A stretch of 64,000 nucleotides of DNA, from contig CATNEN010000038.1 in assembly GCA_950097015.1 (NCBI GenBank), positions 5,146,001 to 5,210,000 of the forward strand, read 5' to 3'. Position 1 is the stretch's first letter. Each line of letters begins with the position of its first letter. A model generated the notes under the pieces. The model was not told the DNA's origin, searched no databases, and saw only the letters and a list, made by a program, of their open reading frames with translations. The DNA is from Macrostomum hystrix. Taxonomy: Eukaryota; Animalia; Platyhelminthes. Shown one piece after another: positions 50,901-63,547 of this stretch. The translations under genes and the position numbers were made by a program.

Positions 50901-53004
50901 TTCTCAATAGCATTAATTTTGTTGTTGGCCAGCTTGACTCTTATCAGATATGGAGACTTGGGCAGAGACTGCAACTCAATATTCAAAATTGTGTTGTTCT
51001 GTACGCTAATTTCCTCCAGTCGGTAGAGACTGCTCAACAGAAAGTAGGATAACTTGTTGTTGTCCAAGTTCAACTTAAGAAGACTTTTTGTGAGCAGCGA
51101 CTGCGAGAAGGCGACTTCGTTGATGTTGAGAATTTGGTTGCCCTGAAGGTGAAGCTCGGCAAGCTTGACCTGCGGTGAAGTGAGTTCAATGCAGAATTAT
51201 ATGCCATAAAGTAGTGGGGACAGGAATGACTCAAATTTAAGGTCAAACTATTCGATTAATCATCAAAGTTTTGAATGACATCAACTACTCACCATACAAA
51301 GATTAAGTGCTATCAAACGAATGTCTTAACTTGCCGCTACCAGCAAGTGCCTGGCTAGATCAACACTTCATTGCCTCAGTCTATAGCACTGTATGTCTAG
51401 GCATCGCACGTAGTGTGCCACTAATATTCTCAAAAGTTCCCTAAGTTGAGGCGGAGTATAGTACAGACCCTATCAACACGTTACATGTAAAATATTAGTT
51501 TGCTCATCCAAACCTGGTACCAAGGCTGAATTTCGCCAATCTGATCGATTTTGTTGTAAGACAGGTCTAGCACCTTCAGTACCTGCGCCGAGCCTCTGAA
51601 CCAATAGCAGTGTCGGTTAGGCCCGTTTTTAGTGCTGTTGTCTACAGGCGGAGGCCAGCAGATCCAATCGCGGTACAGACTGCTGATGTAGTTGTGACTC
51701 AAATTGACATGTTCCAGGTTGCTAAATAGACTGAGCGAGTAGGGGATTTCAGCGAGGTTGTTGAATGCCAGATTCAGGTAACTGAGACCGAGGCTCCAAG
51801 GAACTCGCTGGAGCTTGTTCTTCAGCTTGGAACTGTTGTGATTTGCCTGATAGCCGAACACCAAGGAGAAGCTGATATTCTCAGCATCCATCATATCGTA
51901 CAGGTAGGTTATTCTACTCAAGCGCCCAATGTCATTGTATATATTTTCTAACTTTTCTATGGCATTTAGTGTTAGATTATTACTCGAGTACGGCTGGTGA
52001 GCTGTTGGGCTCGACGTCTGTTGACTGTCGATAAAAATGTTTAAAGCTTCGAGCGCTACCTGCAGTGCATCGTCTCCAAATGTGGAGACGTTGCAGTAGT
52101 TCATGGTCAGGCTTTCGATGGCTCTGAGTGCCATGATGCCCTCTATTGACACCCAGGTGATCGGCGAGTTCTTTATCGAAATGCTTCGCAGCTGTGTGCA
52201 CCTGTGCAACACGTACACAGGTAAATACCATATGTCTACGCTGTCCATGTGAAAGAAAGTCAACCAACAGTCCGACTCGTTGAAGTCGTTGGGGTAGTTG
52301 AGGTCGACGGTGTAGTAGCCACCAACTCCAGGCCTCTCAGGAATGCCAAACTGAGCCACCTCCATTTTGTGAGTAAGATTCACACGCTCCAATTTGAGCT
52401 GACTGGGGCCAACATCCAGGCTGGTCACCTGGCAGTTCTCTACGGTCACATCAGGTGGCGGAAAAACCTGCAGAATATTGTTGGGTAATTCAAACTTTCA
52501 TATTTGAGATGATTCCCAAGTTTTCTCTCGAAGAGAACCCAGTTTTATATATTACGAGTGCGACAACTCCTCTGACAATAGCTTTCTCTGATTAAATAAA
52601 GTGCTCACACTTCTATCGTGAGCCTGGTAGTGCTTTCGAGTGAGTTCTCGCAGATCAACCCTCACACACTCGCGGCACCCGGAGCAGTTGATGGCGAGAT
52701 GGGCCGTGATTCTTCTAGAAACTTCTGAGCAGTTGATGGCGTGCTCAGGCCTGCGTTGGCTTTTGTCTGTCGCATTGTAGATCCCGCATGTGTAGTCGTA
52801 CTCAGACGGATGGCCGGAGTCGCAGAGACACTCGAACATTTCGTGGTAATTTTCGACGAAGAACACATAGCTGCCTTGGAGATTTTCTGCTGGTGTGGCT
52901 GACTGCTCACCGCTTGATTTCAGTGCTCCCAGAGGCGGGCAAAGCAGAAGGATTGCCAAGGTCAGTAAACACAGGTGAGAATTAGAAATGTCAACGCGTT
53001 TCAT
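47980..53004 (-). CDS. Toll-like receptor, multiple-cysteine-cluster type, with a degenerate TIR and a probable second TIR-like domain, about 1379 aa
   Basis: Exons 53004-52609, 52467-51514, 51169-48937, 48634-48243 and 48144-47980, all GT-AG with phases 0,0,1,0. Ectodomain: signal peptide, LRRs (LSYLNLAFNNL, LEHVNLSHNYI, LKVLDLSYNKI, LESVDLSNNDL), internal LRRCT/LRRNT (LICDC; CLRGCSC...LQC), juxtamembrane LRRCT (NSWQCSC). TM helix followed by RRRHR. TIR1 has YDAMLW and SSKVVVALSERFL; TIR2 has EVFIIS and RQFVLLLSNDLL. The first three exons are high confidence; joining of the last two is inferred. Confidence 0.85.
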
Positions 53005-53709
53005 CTGCTTCGTGTCCTGTTGGAAGCGGTGATGTTGAAAATGCTTTTTGCAAAACTAAGCTCGAACTACGACTTCACTCGCGTGGTCGCTTAATAACAG
53101 TTTACACGCAAATATAGCTGGAAGCGATGGATAAATTTATAAATGATTACGCCTTGATGTTCCAGCACAGACTGTGACACCATGGGCCAATTAAGCTTGT
53201 AGAACTTCTGTTTTAGCTACTTAGATTGTGATCGCTGCTAGTCCAATATGCTTTTAGCTATGTTTAGCTGGCTCTTCACTGTCGCCCTGGACGACGATTG
53301 GTGAGGTAGGAATGCTATAAGCACAGCTTAAGTAGGTATTTGATTCTAGTACGGAAATAGGAGATGAAATGAGAATGTGATACGGCTTTGTTCGTACGAC
53401 TTTTTCTTCTTTATAAGGGCTATCATGTTATTTGCGTTGGTGAGTAAATTATTTTTACACGAATACGACATACATATTTAGGCATTTAAAATATCATTTG
53501 AGTTGTACGAGCAGAAATACCTCTATGCAGATTTTTAAGACACAACTGTAGCTTATGCTACTTAATGTGATGTATTGCAACTAAAATAGTGGTATATTTT
53601 TGTTGTTGTTATATGGTTGTAGCATTCCTTGAAGGTCGAAAACTCGACTCCCAGCTTCACTGGAACAATTCGTGTCTTTTACAGACACAACTCTGCGTTG
53701 CTTCAGTTC

Positions 53710-54535
53710 AGTTCCCAGGTTTCCTGGTTCCCAGGTTTCCTGGTTCCCAGGTTTCCTGGTTCCCAGGTTTCCTGGTTCCCAGGTTTCCTGGTTCCCAGGT
53801 TTCCTGGTTCCCAGGTTTCCTGGTTCCCAGGTTTCCTGGTTCCCAGGTTTCCTGGTTCCCAGGTTTCCTGGTTCCCAGGTTTCCTGGTTCCCAGGTTTCC
53901 TGGTTCCCAGGTTTCCTGGTTCCCAGGTTTCCTGGTTCCCAGGTTTCCTGGTTCCCAGGTTTCCTGGTTCCCAGGTTTCCTGGTTCCCAGGTTTCCTGGT
54001 TCCCAGGTTTCCTGGTTCCCAGGTTTCCTGGTTCCCAGGTTTCCTGGTTCCCAGGTTTCCTGGTTCCCAGGTTTCCTGGTTCCCAGGTTTCCTGGTTCCC
54101 AGGTTTCCTGGTTCCCAGGTTTCCTGGTTCCCAGGTTTCCTGGTTCCCAGGTTTCCTGGTTCCCAGGTTTCCTGGTTCCCAGGTTTCCTGGTTCCCAGGT
54201 TTCCTGGTTCCCAGGTTTCCTGGTTCCCAGGTTTCCTGGTTCCCAGGTTTCCTGGTTCCCAGGTTTCCTGGTTCCCAGGTTTCCTGGTTCCCAGGTTTCC
54301 TGGTTCCCAGGTTTCCTGGTTCCCAGGTTTCCTGGTTCCCAGGTTTCCTGGTTCCCAGGTTTCCTGGTTCCCAGGTTTCCTGGTTCCCAGGTTTCCTGGT
54401 TCCCTGGTTTCCTGGTTCCCAGGTTTCCTGGTTCCCAGGTTTCCTGGTTCCCAGGTTTCCTGGTTCCCAGGTTTCCTGGTTCCCAGGTTTCCTGGTTCCC
54501 TGGTTTCCTGGTTCCCAGGTTTCCTGGTTCCCAGG
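53710..54535. repeat. 16-bp minisatellite (TTCCCAGGTTTCCTGG)n, about 51 near-perfect units
   Basis: Direct observation; explains three spurious ORFs. Confidence 0.97.
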
Positions 54536-55741
54536 GATTATTTTTAGTACAGATTTCAGTTTACGCTTAAGAGCTATGCTATTATCTGTTTATAATTATT
54601 TTTCCTGTTTATACATTTAAATGTGCATGCTACTTAATTTTTCTTTTCTATAGCAGCAGCAAGCAAAATAAACAAAAATGGCGAACACGAAGAGACGCTA
54701 TAATTTGTATGTGCATAGAGTTAAAATTCATGCCTAATAACTCCATAAAAAGTGTGCGCTCTCTAATAGATACATGTACAAGGCAGAGCGCATGAACTGA
54801 AGTTCCCCAACGCTAATTAAAACGTACACCGTCTTATCTTTACCCGCTTTCATTTCTCATTTTTTTCTCATTGTTGTGCTGTACCTATTGCTTAGATAGT
54901 CCACTCCATGCATTTTAGTGTCGTTTTGCTAAGTATTTTTTTAACCAATTAATTTATCAAGTGTTTAGACACATCTTTCAGACACAAAAAGTTCAAAGAA
55001 AAGGTACTCATTCAACCAAAAAGTTTTTTGCTTCCAAGGACTTTCCGAGGACTTTCCGTGGAATGGCCGTGGATTTTTCCCGTACTTTTCCAGAGTTTCA
55101 CAGAATAAAGTGACATTTTTGCATTTTATAGTGACCATTGGAAGCAATTGATTACAAAAACGAAATAATTTTACTTCGTTAAATTTTCGATATTGACTTT
55201 TTACAGTACGAAGGATCTGCTTTGCTAACGTATAACAAATTCATTAAGTAATAGGTAGTCTATACACGTCTAAAATTAAGTACCTCATGAGCAAATATGA
55301 CTAAATATCGACGAAAACAACCTGTTTCAGTGCCAAGAAAACACAACAAGGTTTACTTCATTTCCAAAGCAATTTGTGAACAAATCTCGATATGGAAATT
55401 GGTTGTTATATACTGAAGTAAAGTTCACAGCAGTTAAACAAGCATCAGTGTAGACGCATGTGAGTTCCGATGTGCAAAATTCAGTTAAAACAAGGTCTAT
55501 AGTACCACGCATGAAAAGTCGCAAAAAATATTAATCAAAGTTTAAATCACGACGCCTTTCCTCAAATTGATGGCAGCATAAACCTGTTAAGCTGGGAACG
55601 AGACTATTTCTAGCTCCTGTTCTTTGGGCTACTCACACTGAAGACACGAGAGCGAGAGAGAAAATAGTGTTAGCTTGCAAAAAAATAGTCGAGCAAAAAC
55701 TGTTAGTTGATGTATAGTACTTTTAGTTCTTTTGTGTCACT

Positions 55742-57676
55742 TCAAGCCCTAATATGATGATGATTATCTGAATTATCACGATGATCATTTACGGTGCACG
55801 GACCGGGCCTTTGATAGCCGCCGGGTCCTGATTCATCCAGTTGGATTGCGCCATCATCGGGTTGTGCCTGCGGTTCATCAACATGGTCTACTTCATTCGG
55901 TCGGTGAAGCAGTAGTTTAAGTAGCCTCGAGGTTTCAATCAATTGGTTCTCGCCGAGCTTTTTGATAGCAATTTCAACTTTCTTTATGGATATCCTACAA
56001 TCTTCGGCAGTTTTACGCTTCTTTTTTGCTTCAGATGCTTCAGATCGGTAAAAATAGAAAATTAGAGCGCCAACAGCTAGCAAAGCTGCAGCAAGTGGGA
56101 TAGTCAAAGGCGAAGCTGATGCAGCAGCCACAGATGAAGCTACCGCTGATTTAGCAGCCACAGATGAAGCTACCGCTGATTTAGCAGCCACAGATAAAGC
56201 TACCGCTGATTTAGCAGCCACAGATGAAGCGACCGCTGATTTAGCAGCCACAGATGAAGCTGCCGCTGATGCAGCAGCCACAGATGAAGCGACCGCTGAT
56301 TTAGCAGCCACAGATAAAGCTACCGCTGATTTAGCAGCCACAGATGAAGCTACCGCTGATTTAGCAGCCACAGATGAAGCTGCCGCTGATGTAGCAGCCA
56401 CAGATGAAGCTACCACTGATTTAGCAGCCACAGATGAAGCGACCGCTGATTTAGCAGCCACAGATAAAGCTACCGCTGATTTAGCAGCCACAGATGAAGC
56501 TGCCGCTGATGTAGCAGCCACAGATGAAGCTACCACTGATTTAGCAGCCACAGATAAAGCTACCACTGATTTAGCAGCCACAGATGAAGCTACCGCTGAT
56601 TTAGCAGCCACAGATAAAGCTACCGCTGATTTAGCAGCCACAGATGAAGCTACCGCTGATTTAGCAGCCACAGATAAAGCTACCGCTGATTTAGCAGCCA
56701 CAGATAAAGCGACCGCTGATTTAGCAGCCACAGATAAAGCTACCGCTGATGTAGCAGCCCCAGATGAAGCTGCCGCTGATTTAGCAGCCACAGATGAAGC
56801 TACCGCTGATGTAGCAGCCCCAGATGAAGCTGCCGCTGATTTAGCAGCCCCAGATGAAGCTGCCGCTGATTTAGCAGCCACAGATGAAGCTACCGCTGAT
56901 TTAACAGCCACAGATGAAGCTACCGCTGATTTAGCAGCCACAGATGAAGCTGCCGCTGATTTAACAGCCACAGATGAAGCTGCCGCTGATTTAACAGCCA
57001 CAGATGAAGCTGCCGCTGATTTAACAGCCACAGATGAAGCTGCCGCTGATTTAACAGCCACGGATGAAGCTACCGGTGATTTAACAGCCACAGATAAAGT
57101 CATGGCGCCTAAACCAAAAGCCACTACTTCAGCTCCAGAAATCCAACGACCAATTACCTTACCGATAGCTACTGACTTTTCTGAGTTTTCGGCTTCGTCT
57201 TTCAGTGCTCTACAAAGCGAATACAATTTAGAATCGTGTTTACTGTTAAAAATTTTCCGCACATTTGCCAGACACACTTTATGCAGCACGTTGAAGGACT
57301 CGACAAAGGAGTGAGTTTGCTCAAGACTTGTCATAATTTCTTCTTCACTCACTTTGCTCCGCTTCAAACTGGAGGTATAAATTAATTTTTTTGTTACTCG
57401 AATTTGTTGTTGAAGACGCTTCAACTGTTTTACAAGGGCGTCAGTTGACGCAATGCCTTCTTTCAGCTGAAATTGCAACTCGATTTGAATTTTACTCACC
57501 ACCAGAAATTCTTCGCTTTTTTCAACAAAGTCAGCAGCATCACTTAATGTTTTCCTGATTAACTCCAGTTGCACTGTCATTGAATCGGTTTTTAATTCTA
57601 CGATAGACAGCGTCTGCTGGCACCTTTGAGCCAGAAATCGCCTTCGGTGGTGTTTCTGAGAATCAGCTTCTTTCAT
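55742..57676 (-). CDS. Intronless coiled-coil membrane protein with about 33 copies of a 10-aa Ser/Ala/Val/Lys repeat; function unknown
   Basis: About 190 aa of unique helical N-terminus and about 120 aa of unique C-terminus stay in frame across the repeat in AT-rich DNA. Hydrophobic segments flank the repeat (WISGAEVVAFGLGAMTL; LTIPLAAALLAVGALIFYFY). First ATG is at 57676. Confidence 0.65.
   Translation of the reverse strand: MKEADSQKHHRRRFLAQRCQQTLSIVELKTDSMTVQLELIRKTLSDAADFVEKSEEFLVVSKIQIELQFQLKEGIASTDALVKQLKRLQQQIRVTKKLIYTSSLKRSKVSEEEIMTSLEQTHSFVESFNVLHKVCLANVRKIFNSKHDSKLYSLCRALKDEAENSEKSVAIGKVIGRWISGAEVVAFGLGAMTLSVAVKSPVASSVAVKSAAASSVAVKSAAASSVAVKSAAASSVAVKSAAASSVAAKSAVASSVAVKSAVASSVAAKSAAASSGAAKSAAASSGAATSAVASSVAAKSAAASSGAATSAVALSVAAKSAVALSVAAKSAVALSVAAKSAVASSVAAKSAVALSVAAKSAVASSVAAKSVVALSVAAKSVVASSVAATSAAASSVAAKSAVALSVAAKSAVASSVAAKSVVASSVAATSAAASSVAAKSAVASSVAAKSAVALSVAAKSAVASSVAAASAAASSVAAKSAVASSVAAKSAVALSVAAKSAVASSVAAKSAVASSVAAASASPLTIPLAAALLAVGALIFYFYRSEASEAKKKRKTAEDCRISIKKVEIAIKKLGENQLIETSRLLKLLLHRPNEVDHVDEPQAQPDDGAIQLDESGPGGYQRPGPCTVNDHRDNSDNHHHIRA
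56112..57100. repeat. 30-bp coding minisatellite (CAGATGAAGCTACCGCTGATTTAGCAGCCA)n, about 33 units
   Basis: Tandem repeat inside the ORF, with no indels. Confidence 0.96.
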
Positions 57677-58658
57677 GATGAGTAAACTGGAATTCAGGTT
57701 CACCAACGAAATGGCAAGATGATCCTAGCGGCCTAACTCATTAAAGCCCCATCTCATTACAACACTTATCACTTAAGCAAGAAAGCGATGTGCGCCTCAG
57801 GAGAGAAATTCTTTACAGCTCAAATTCTATTGGTCCTCGTAGCTCGTATTGGGCTAGCCGAGAGCAGTATCTAGCATAGAATTTTTTACTGAAACGCCTT
57901 ACTTTCCTAAGTAGTTCGATTAGCAAATTCTGTATAAATAGGAAATATATCCGTCATGGTAGTGGGGTTAAAATGAGGAACCCCCCCCTACAAGACCTCG
58001 CATAGTACATTAGACAGTGTAATACAAGGCATAGTATAATCCATTAAGTATTAAGCTTGATACCAAAGAACAGATACTAGTATAACCCAGTAGGTATTGT
58101 ATAATTAATTAGAATCTAGATGCACTAAAATACAGACTCTGCTGGTCATGAGTATAACTATATGAGCACTGACTCATAGCTGGCAAACGTCCAAAAAAAG
58201 TACAACCAAGTGCAAACAAATCAGAAAAGGGTTTCAATTTACAATTCATATTTAGTTAAAAATGGCAACAAACGGGATAAGCAAAAGCAAATCCTGAAAA
58301 ATTATTTATTTAACCGAAAACTTTCCATTTTCAATAAGCAACCTTAGTCGACCGGGAAAATGAATGCCACATATTGAATGCAAACAAGCGACATTTTTTG
58401 TTATCAGTCCAACATAACATGTCATAACTGTCTAAAATACAAATTTAGGTTTTGTAAATGACAAATTGTGAAGAACTTGACCTGTGACTTTATCAACAAT
58501 TGATACGTAGTTCATAAAGTAGTTGTTAAAGCGACAAGAATAATAGTGACGTAGTAGTTTTAGTCAAACTAACGAATTCCTCTTCTCAAAGAAAAAGAGG
58601 TCAAAAATATGAGTTCGAATTTCACACGTAGCGACAGTTGGCCAGACACTGTCTATGG

Positions 58659-61600
58659 TCAAATCTCCTCGACACTAACGGTACGGCGAAATTCCGGCTT
58701 AACCCGGAAGGCGGCCCCGTGGCCAGGTACCACGGCTTGTACCTTGTGCAGTATCCGGCTCCTCTGGTCCGCCTGCACCTCGGCGTTGGCAGAGCGGCTC
58801 ATCCACTGGGCGTCGCCGTCGTCACCAAAGTCGCCTTCGGACTCGAATAGATCTCCGGCGATGGCCACCTGTGAGGCACAAATCGAAGGCGATTCTCTCA
58901 ATAGATACTGTGCTCAACTGATTCTCTCAACAGATACTGTGCTCAACTGATTCTCTTAACAGATACTGTGCACAACTGATTCTCTCAACAGATTACTGTG
59001 CTCAACTGATTCTCTCAACAGATACTGTGCGCAACTGATTCTCTTAACAGATACTGTGCTCAACTGATTTTCTCAACAGATACTGTGCTCAACTGATTCT
59101 CTCAACAGATACTGTGCTCAACTGATTCTCTCAACAGATACTGTGCTCAACTGATTCTCTCAACAGATACTGTGCTCAACTGATTCTCTCAACAGATACT
59201 GTGCTCAACTGATTCTCTCAACAGATACTGTGCTCAACTGATTCTCTCAACAGATACTGTGCTCAACTGATTCTCTTAACAGATACTGTGCTCAACTGAT
59301 TCTCTCAACAGATACTGTGCTCAACTGATTTTCTCAACAGATACTGTGCTCAACTGATTCTCTTAACAGATACTATGCTCAACTGATTCTCTCAACAGAT
59401 ACTGTGCTCAACTGATTCTCTTAACAGATACTGTGCTCAACTGATTCTCTCAACAGATACTGTGCTCAACTGATTCTCTTAACAGATACTATGCTCAACT
59501 GATTCTCTTAACAGATACTGTGCTCAACTGATTCTCTCAACAGATACTGTGCTCAACTGATTCTCTCAACAGATACTGTGCTCAACTGATTCTCTAAACA
59601 GATATTGTGCTCAACTGATTCTCTCAACAGATACTGTGCTCAACTGATTCTCTCAACAGATACTGTGCTCAACTGATTCTCTCAACAGATACTGTGCTCA
59701 ACTGATTCTCTCAACAGATACTGTGCTCAACTGATTCTCTCAACAGATACTGTGCTCAACTGATTCTCTCAACAGATACTGTGCTTAACTGATTCTCTAA
59801 ACAGATACTGTGCTCAACTGATTCTCTCAACAGATACTGTGCTCAACTGATTCTCTTAACAGATACTGTGCTCAACTGATTCTCTCAACAGATACTGTGC
59901 TCAACTGATTTTCTCAACAGATACTGTGCTCAACTGATTCTCTTAACAGATACTATGCTCAACTGATTCTCTCAACAGATACTGTGCTCAACTGATTCTC
60001 TTAACAGATACTGTGCTCAACTGATTCTCTCAACAGATACTGTGCTCAACTGATTCTCTTAACAGATACTATGCTCAACTGATTCTCTTAACAGATACTG
60101 TGCTCAACTGATTCTCTCAACAGATACTGTGCTCAACTGATTCTCTTAACAGATACTATACTCAACTGATTCTCTCAACAGATACTGTGCTCAACTGATT
60201 CTCTCAACAGATACTGTGCTCAACTGATTCTCTTAACAGATACTGTGCTCAACTGATTCTCTCAACAGATACTGTGCTCAACTGATTCTCTCAACAGATA
60301 CTGTGCTCAACTGATTCTCTCAACAGATACTGTGCTCAACTGATTCTCTTAACAGATACTGTGCTCAACTGATTCTCTCAACAGATACTGTGCTCAACTG
60401 ATTCTCTTAACAGATACTATGCTCAACTGATTCTCTCAACAGATACTGTGCTCAACTGATTTTCTCAACAGATACTGTGCTCAACTGATTCTCTCAACAG
60501 ATACTGTGCTCAACTGATTCTCTCAACAGATACTATGCTCAACTGATTCTCTCAACAGATACTGTGCTCAACTGATTCTCTCAACAGATACTGTGCTCAA
60601 CTGATTTTCTCAACAGATACTGTGCTCAACTGATTCTCTTAACAGATACTATGCTCAACTGATTCTCTCAACAGATACTGTGCTCAACTGATTCTCTCAA
60701 CAGATACTGTGCTCAACTGATTCTCTTAACAGATACTGTGCTCAACTGATTCTCTCAACAGATACTATGCTCAACTGATTCTCTCAACAGATACTGTGCT
60801 CAACTGATTCTCTCAACAGATACTGTGCTCAACTGATTTTCTCAACAGATACTGTGCTCAACTGATTCTCTTAACAGATACTATGCTCAACTGATTCTCT
60901 CAACAGATACTGTGCTCAACTGATTCTCTTAACAGATACTGTGCTCAACTGATTCTCTCAACAGATACTGTGCTCAACTGATTCTCTCAACAGATAGTAC
61001 TGTGCGCAACTGATTCTCTTAACAGATACTGTGCTCAACTGATTCTCTCAACAGATACTGTGCTCAACTGATTCTCTCAACAGATACAAGGTGCTCAACT
61101 GATTCTCTCAACTGATACTGTGCTCAACTGATTCTCTCAACATATGCTGTGCTAAACTGATTCTCTCAATAGATACTGTGCTCAACTGATTCTCTCAGCA
61201 GATACAGTGCTCAACTGATTATCTTAACAGATACTGTGCTCAACTGATTCTCTCAACATATACTGTGCTCAACTGATTCTCTCAACAGATACTGTGCTCA
61301 ACTGATTCTCTCAACAGATACTGTGCTCAACTGATTCTCTCAACAGATACTGTGCTCAACTGATTCTCTCAACAGATACTGTGCTCAACTGATTCTCTCA
61401 ACAGATACTGTGCTCAACTGATTCTCTCAACAGATACTGTGCTCAACTGATTCTCTCAACAGATACTGTGCTCAACTGATTCTCTCAACAGATACTGTGC
61501 TCAACTGATTCTCTCAACAGATACTGTGCTCAACTGATTCTCTCAACAGATACTGTGCTTAACTGATTCTCTAAACAGATACTGTGCTCAACTGATTCTC

Positions 61601-63547
61601 TCAACAGATACTGTGCTCAACTGATTCTCTTAACAGATACTGTGCTCAACTGATTCTCTCAACAGATACTGTGCTCAACTGATTCTCTTAACAGATACTA
61701 TACTCAACTGATTCTCTCAACAGATACTGTGCTCAACTGATTCTCTCAACAGATACTGTGCTCAACTGATTCTCTTAACAGATACTGTGCTCAACTGATT
61801 CTCTCAACAGATACTGTGCTCAACTGATTCTCTCAACAGATACTGTGCTCAACTGATTCTCTCAACAGATACTGTGCTCAACTGATTCTCTTAACAGATA
61901 CTGTGCTCAACTGATTCTCTCAACAGATACTGTGCTCAACTGATTCTCTTAACAGATACTATGCTCAACTGATTCTCTCAACAGATACTGTGCTCAACTG
62001 ATTCTCTCAACAGATACTGTGCTCAACTGATTCTCTCAACAGATACTGTGCTCAACTGATTCTCTTAACAGATACTGTGCTCAACTGATTCTCTCAACAG
62101 ATACTGTGCTCAACTGATTCTCTCAACAGATACTGTGCTCAACTGATTCTCTCAACAGATACTGTGCTCAACTGATTCTCTTAACAGATACTGTGCTCAA
62201 CTGATTCTCTCAACAGATACTGTGCTCAACTGATTCTCTTAACAGATACTATGCTCAACTGATTCTCTCAACAGATACTGTGCTCAACTGATTTTCTCAA
62301 CAGATACTGTGCTCAACTGATTCTCTCAACAGATACTGTGCTCAACTGATTCTCTCAACAGATACTATGCTCAACTGATTCTCTCAACAGATACTGTGCT
62401 CAACTGATTCTCTCAACAGATACTGTGCTCAACTGATTTTCTCAACAGATACTGTGCTCAACTGATTCTCTTAACAGATACTATGCTCAACTGATTCTCT
62501 CAACAGATACTGTGCTCAACTGATTCTCTCAACAGATACTGTGCTTAACTGATTCTCTAAACAGATACTGTGCTCAACTGATTCTCTCAACAGATACTGT
62601 GCTCAACTGATTCTCTCAACAGATACTGTGCTCAACTGATTCTCTCAACAGATACTGTGCTCAACTGATTCTCTCAACAGATACTGTGCTCAACTGATTC
62701 TCTAAACAGATACTGTGCTCAACTGATTCTCTCAACAGATACTGTGCTCAACTGATTCTCTCAACAGATACTGTGCTCAACTGATTCTCTCAACAGATAC
62801 TGTGCTCAACTGATTCTCTAAACAGATACTGTGCTCAACTGATTCTCTCAACAGATACTGTGCTCAACTGATTCTCTCAACAGATACGGCAGAAAGTCCT
62901 CACAGTGATCTCAGATTCTTCCTCCGTTTTGAAGGCCTCAAACAGCGGCCCAGACGCGGTTCTGACCAGCACGGTGACGTCATCAGACGAATGCCCGGGC
63001 GTGTGCACAACGCGAACAAATTCGTCCAACTCGTAGGCGATGCCAGAGCGAAAGTCGTGCGACAAAAACTGATCCGGCGCTTTGGCAATGTCGCAGCCTA
63101 CAATCATTAGGCTGGCGCTGCTAGAAAACATGGCCAGGTTGCCGATGTGATCGATGTGGCCGTGTGTGCAGATCACCATGCCAATGTCAGATGGGGCAAC
63201 GCCACGCGTAGCTAGCAAGTTGACTAGCTGCTCTGTTTCCCAGGGGCCGCCAATGTCAACCAGGATGTTTTGGTTGCTGGGGCCTCTAATTAGGGTGATG
63301 GTGCAGCCGCTACACTCTGGTGAGCTGTAGCCAGCTCGCAGGACATCAACTGTGTAAGGAGAAGCCTGGAGAGTGCATGGAGGAACGAAGTTAGTCGACT
63401 GATATATTATGAAAGCCTCAGTCAAAAGTTCTATCGAGTAATCATTGCCTTATTAAATAACTTTTGTTTGAATTTCAATTTACAAAAAAACCATTTCTTA
63501 GACATTAGCTTAAAAACTTTATCAACCTAAATATTTACCTGCTTCAT
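58659..63547 (-). CDS. MBLAC1: Metallo-beta-lactamase domain-containing protein 1 homolog, about 226 aa
   Basis: Exons 63547-63539 (ATGAAGCAG|GTAAAT, tentative), 63365-62904 and 58868-58659, phase 0. Motifs ILVDIG, THGHIDHIGNL, TPGH, VAIAGDLFE and VVPGHG. Confidence 0.88.
58891..62887. repeat. 29-bp satellite (GATTCTCTCAACAGATACTGTGCTCAACT)n, about 137 units, filling MBLAC1 intron 2
   Basis: Direct tandem repeat. Confidence 0.98.

Noticed and set aside
53589-54620. Three overlapping ORFs of about 300 aa
   Set aside because: Artefacts of the 16-bp repeat
58891-62887. CRISPR-like appearance of the 23-29 bp repeat arrays
   Set aside because: Units are contiguous with no unique spacers, there are no cas genes, and the context is eukaryotic introns
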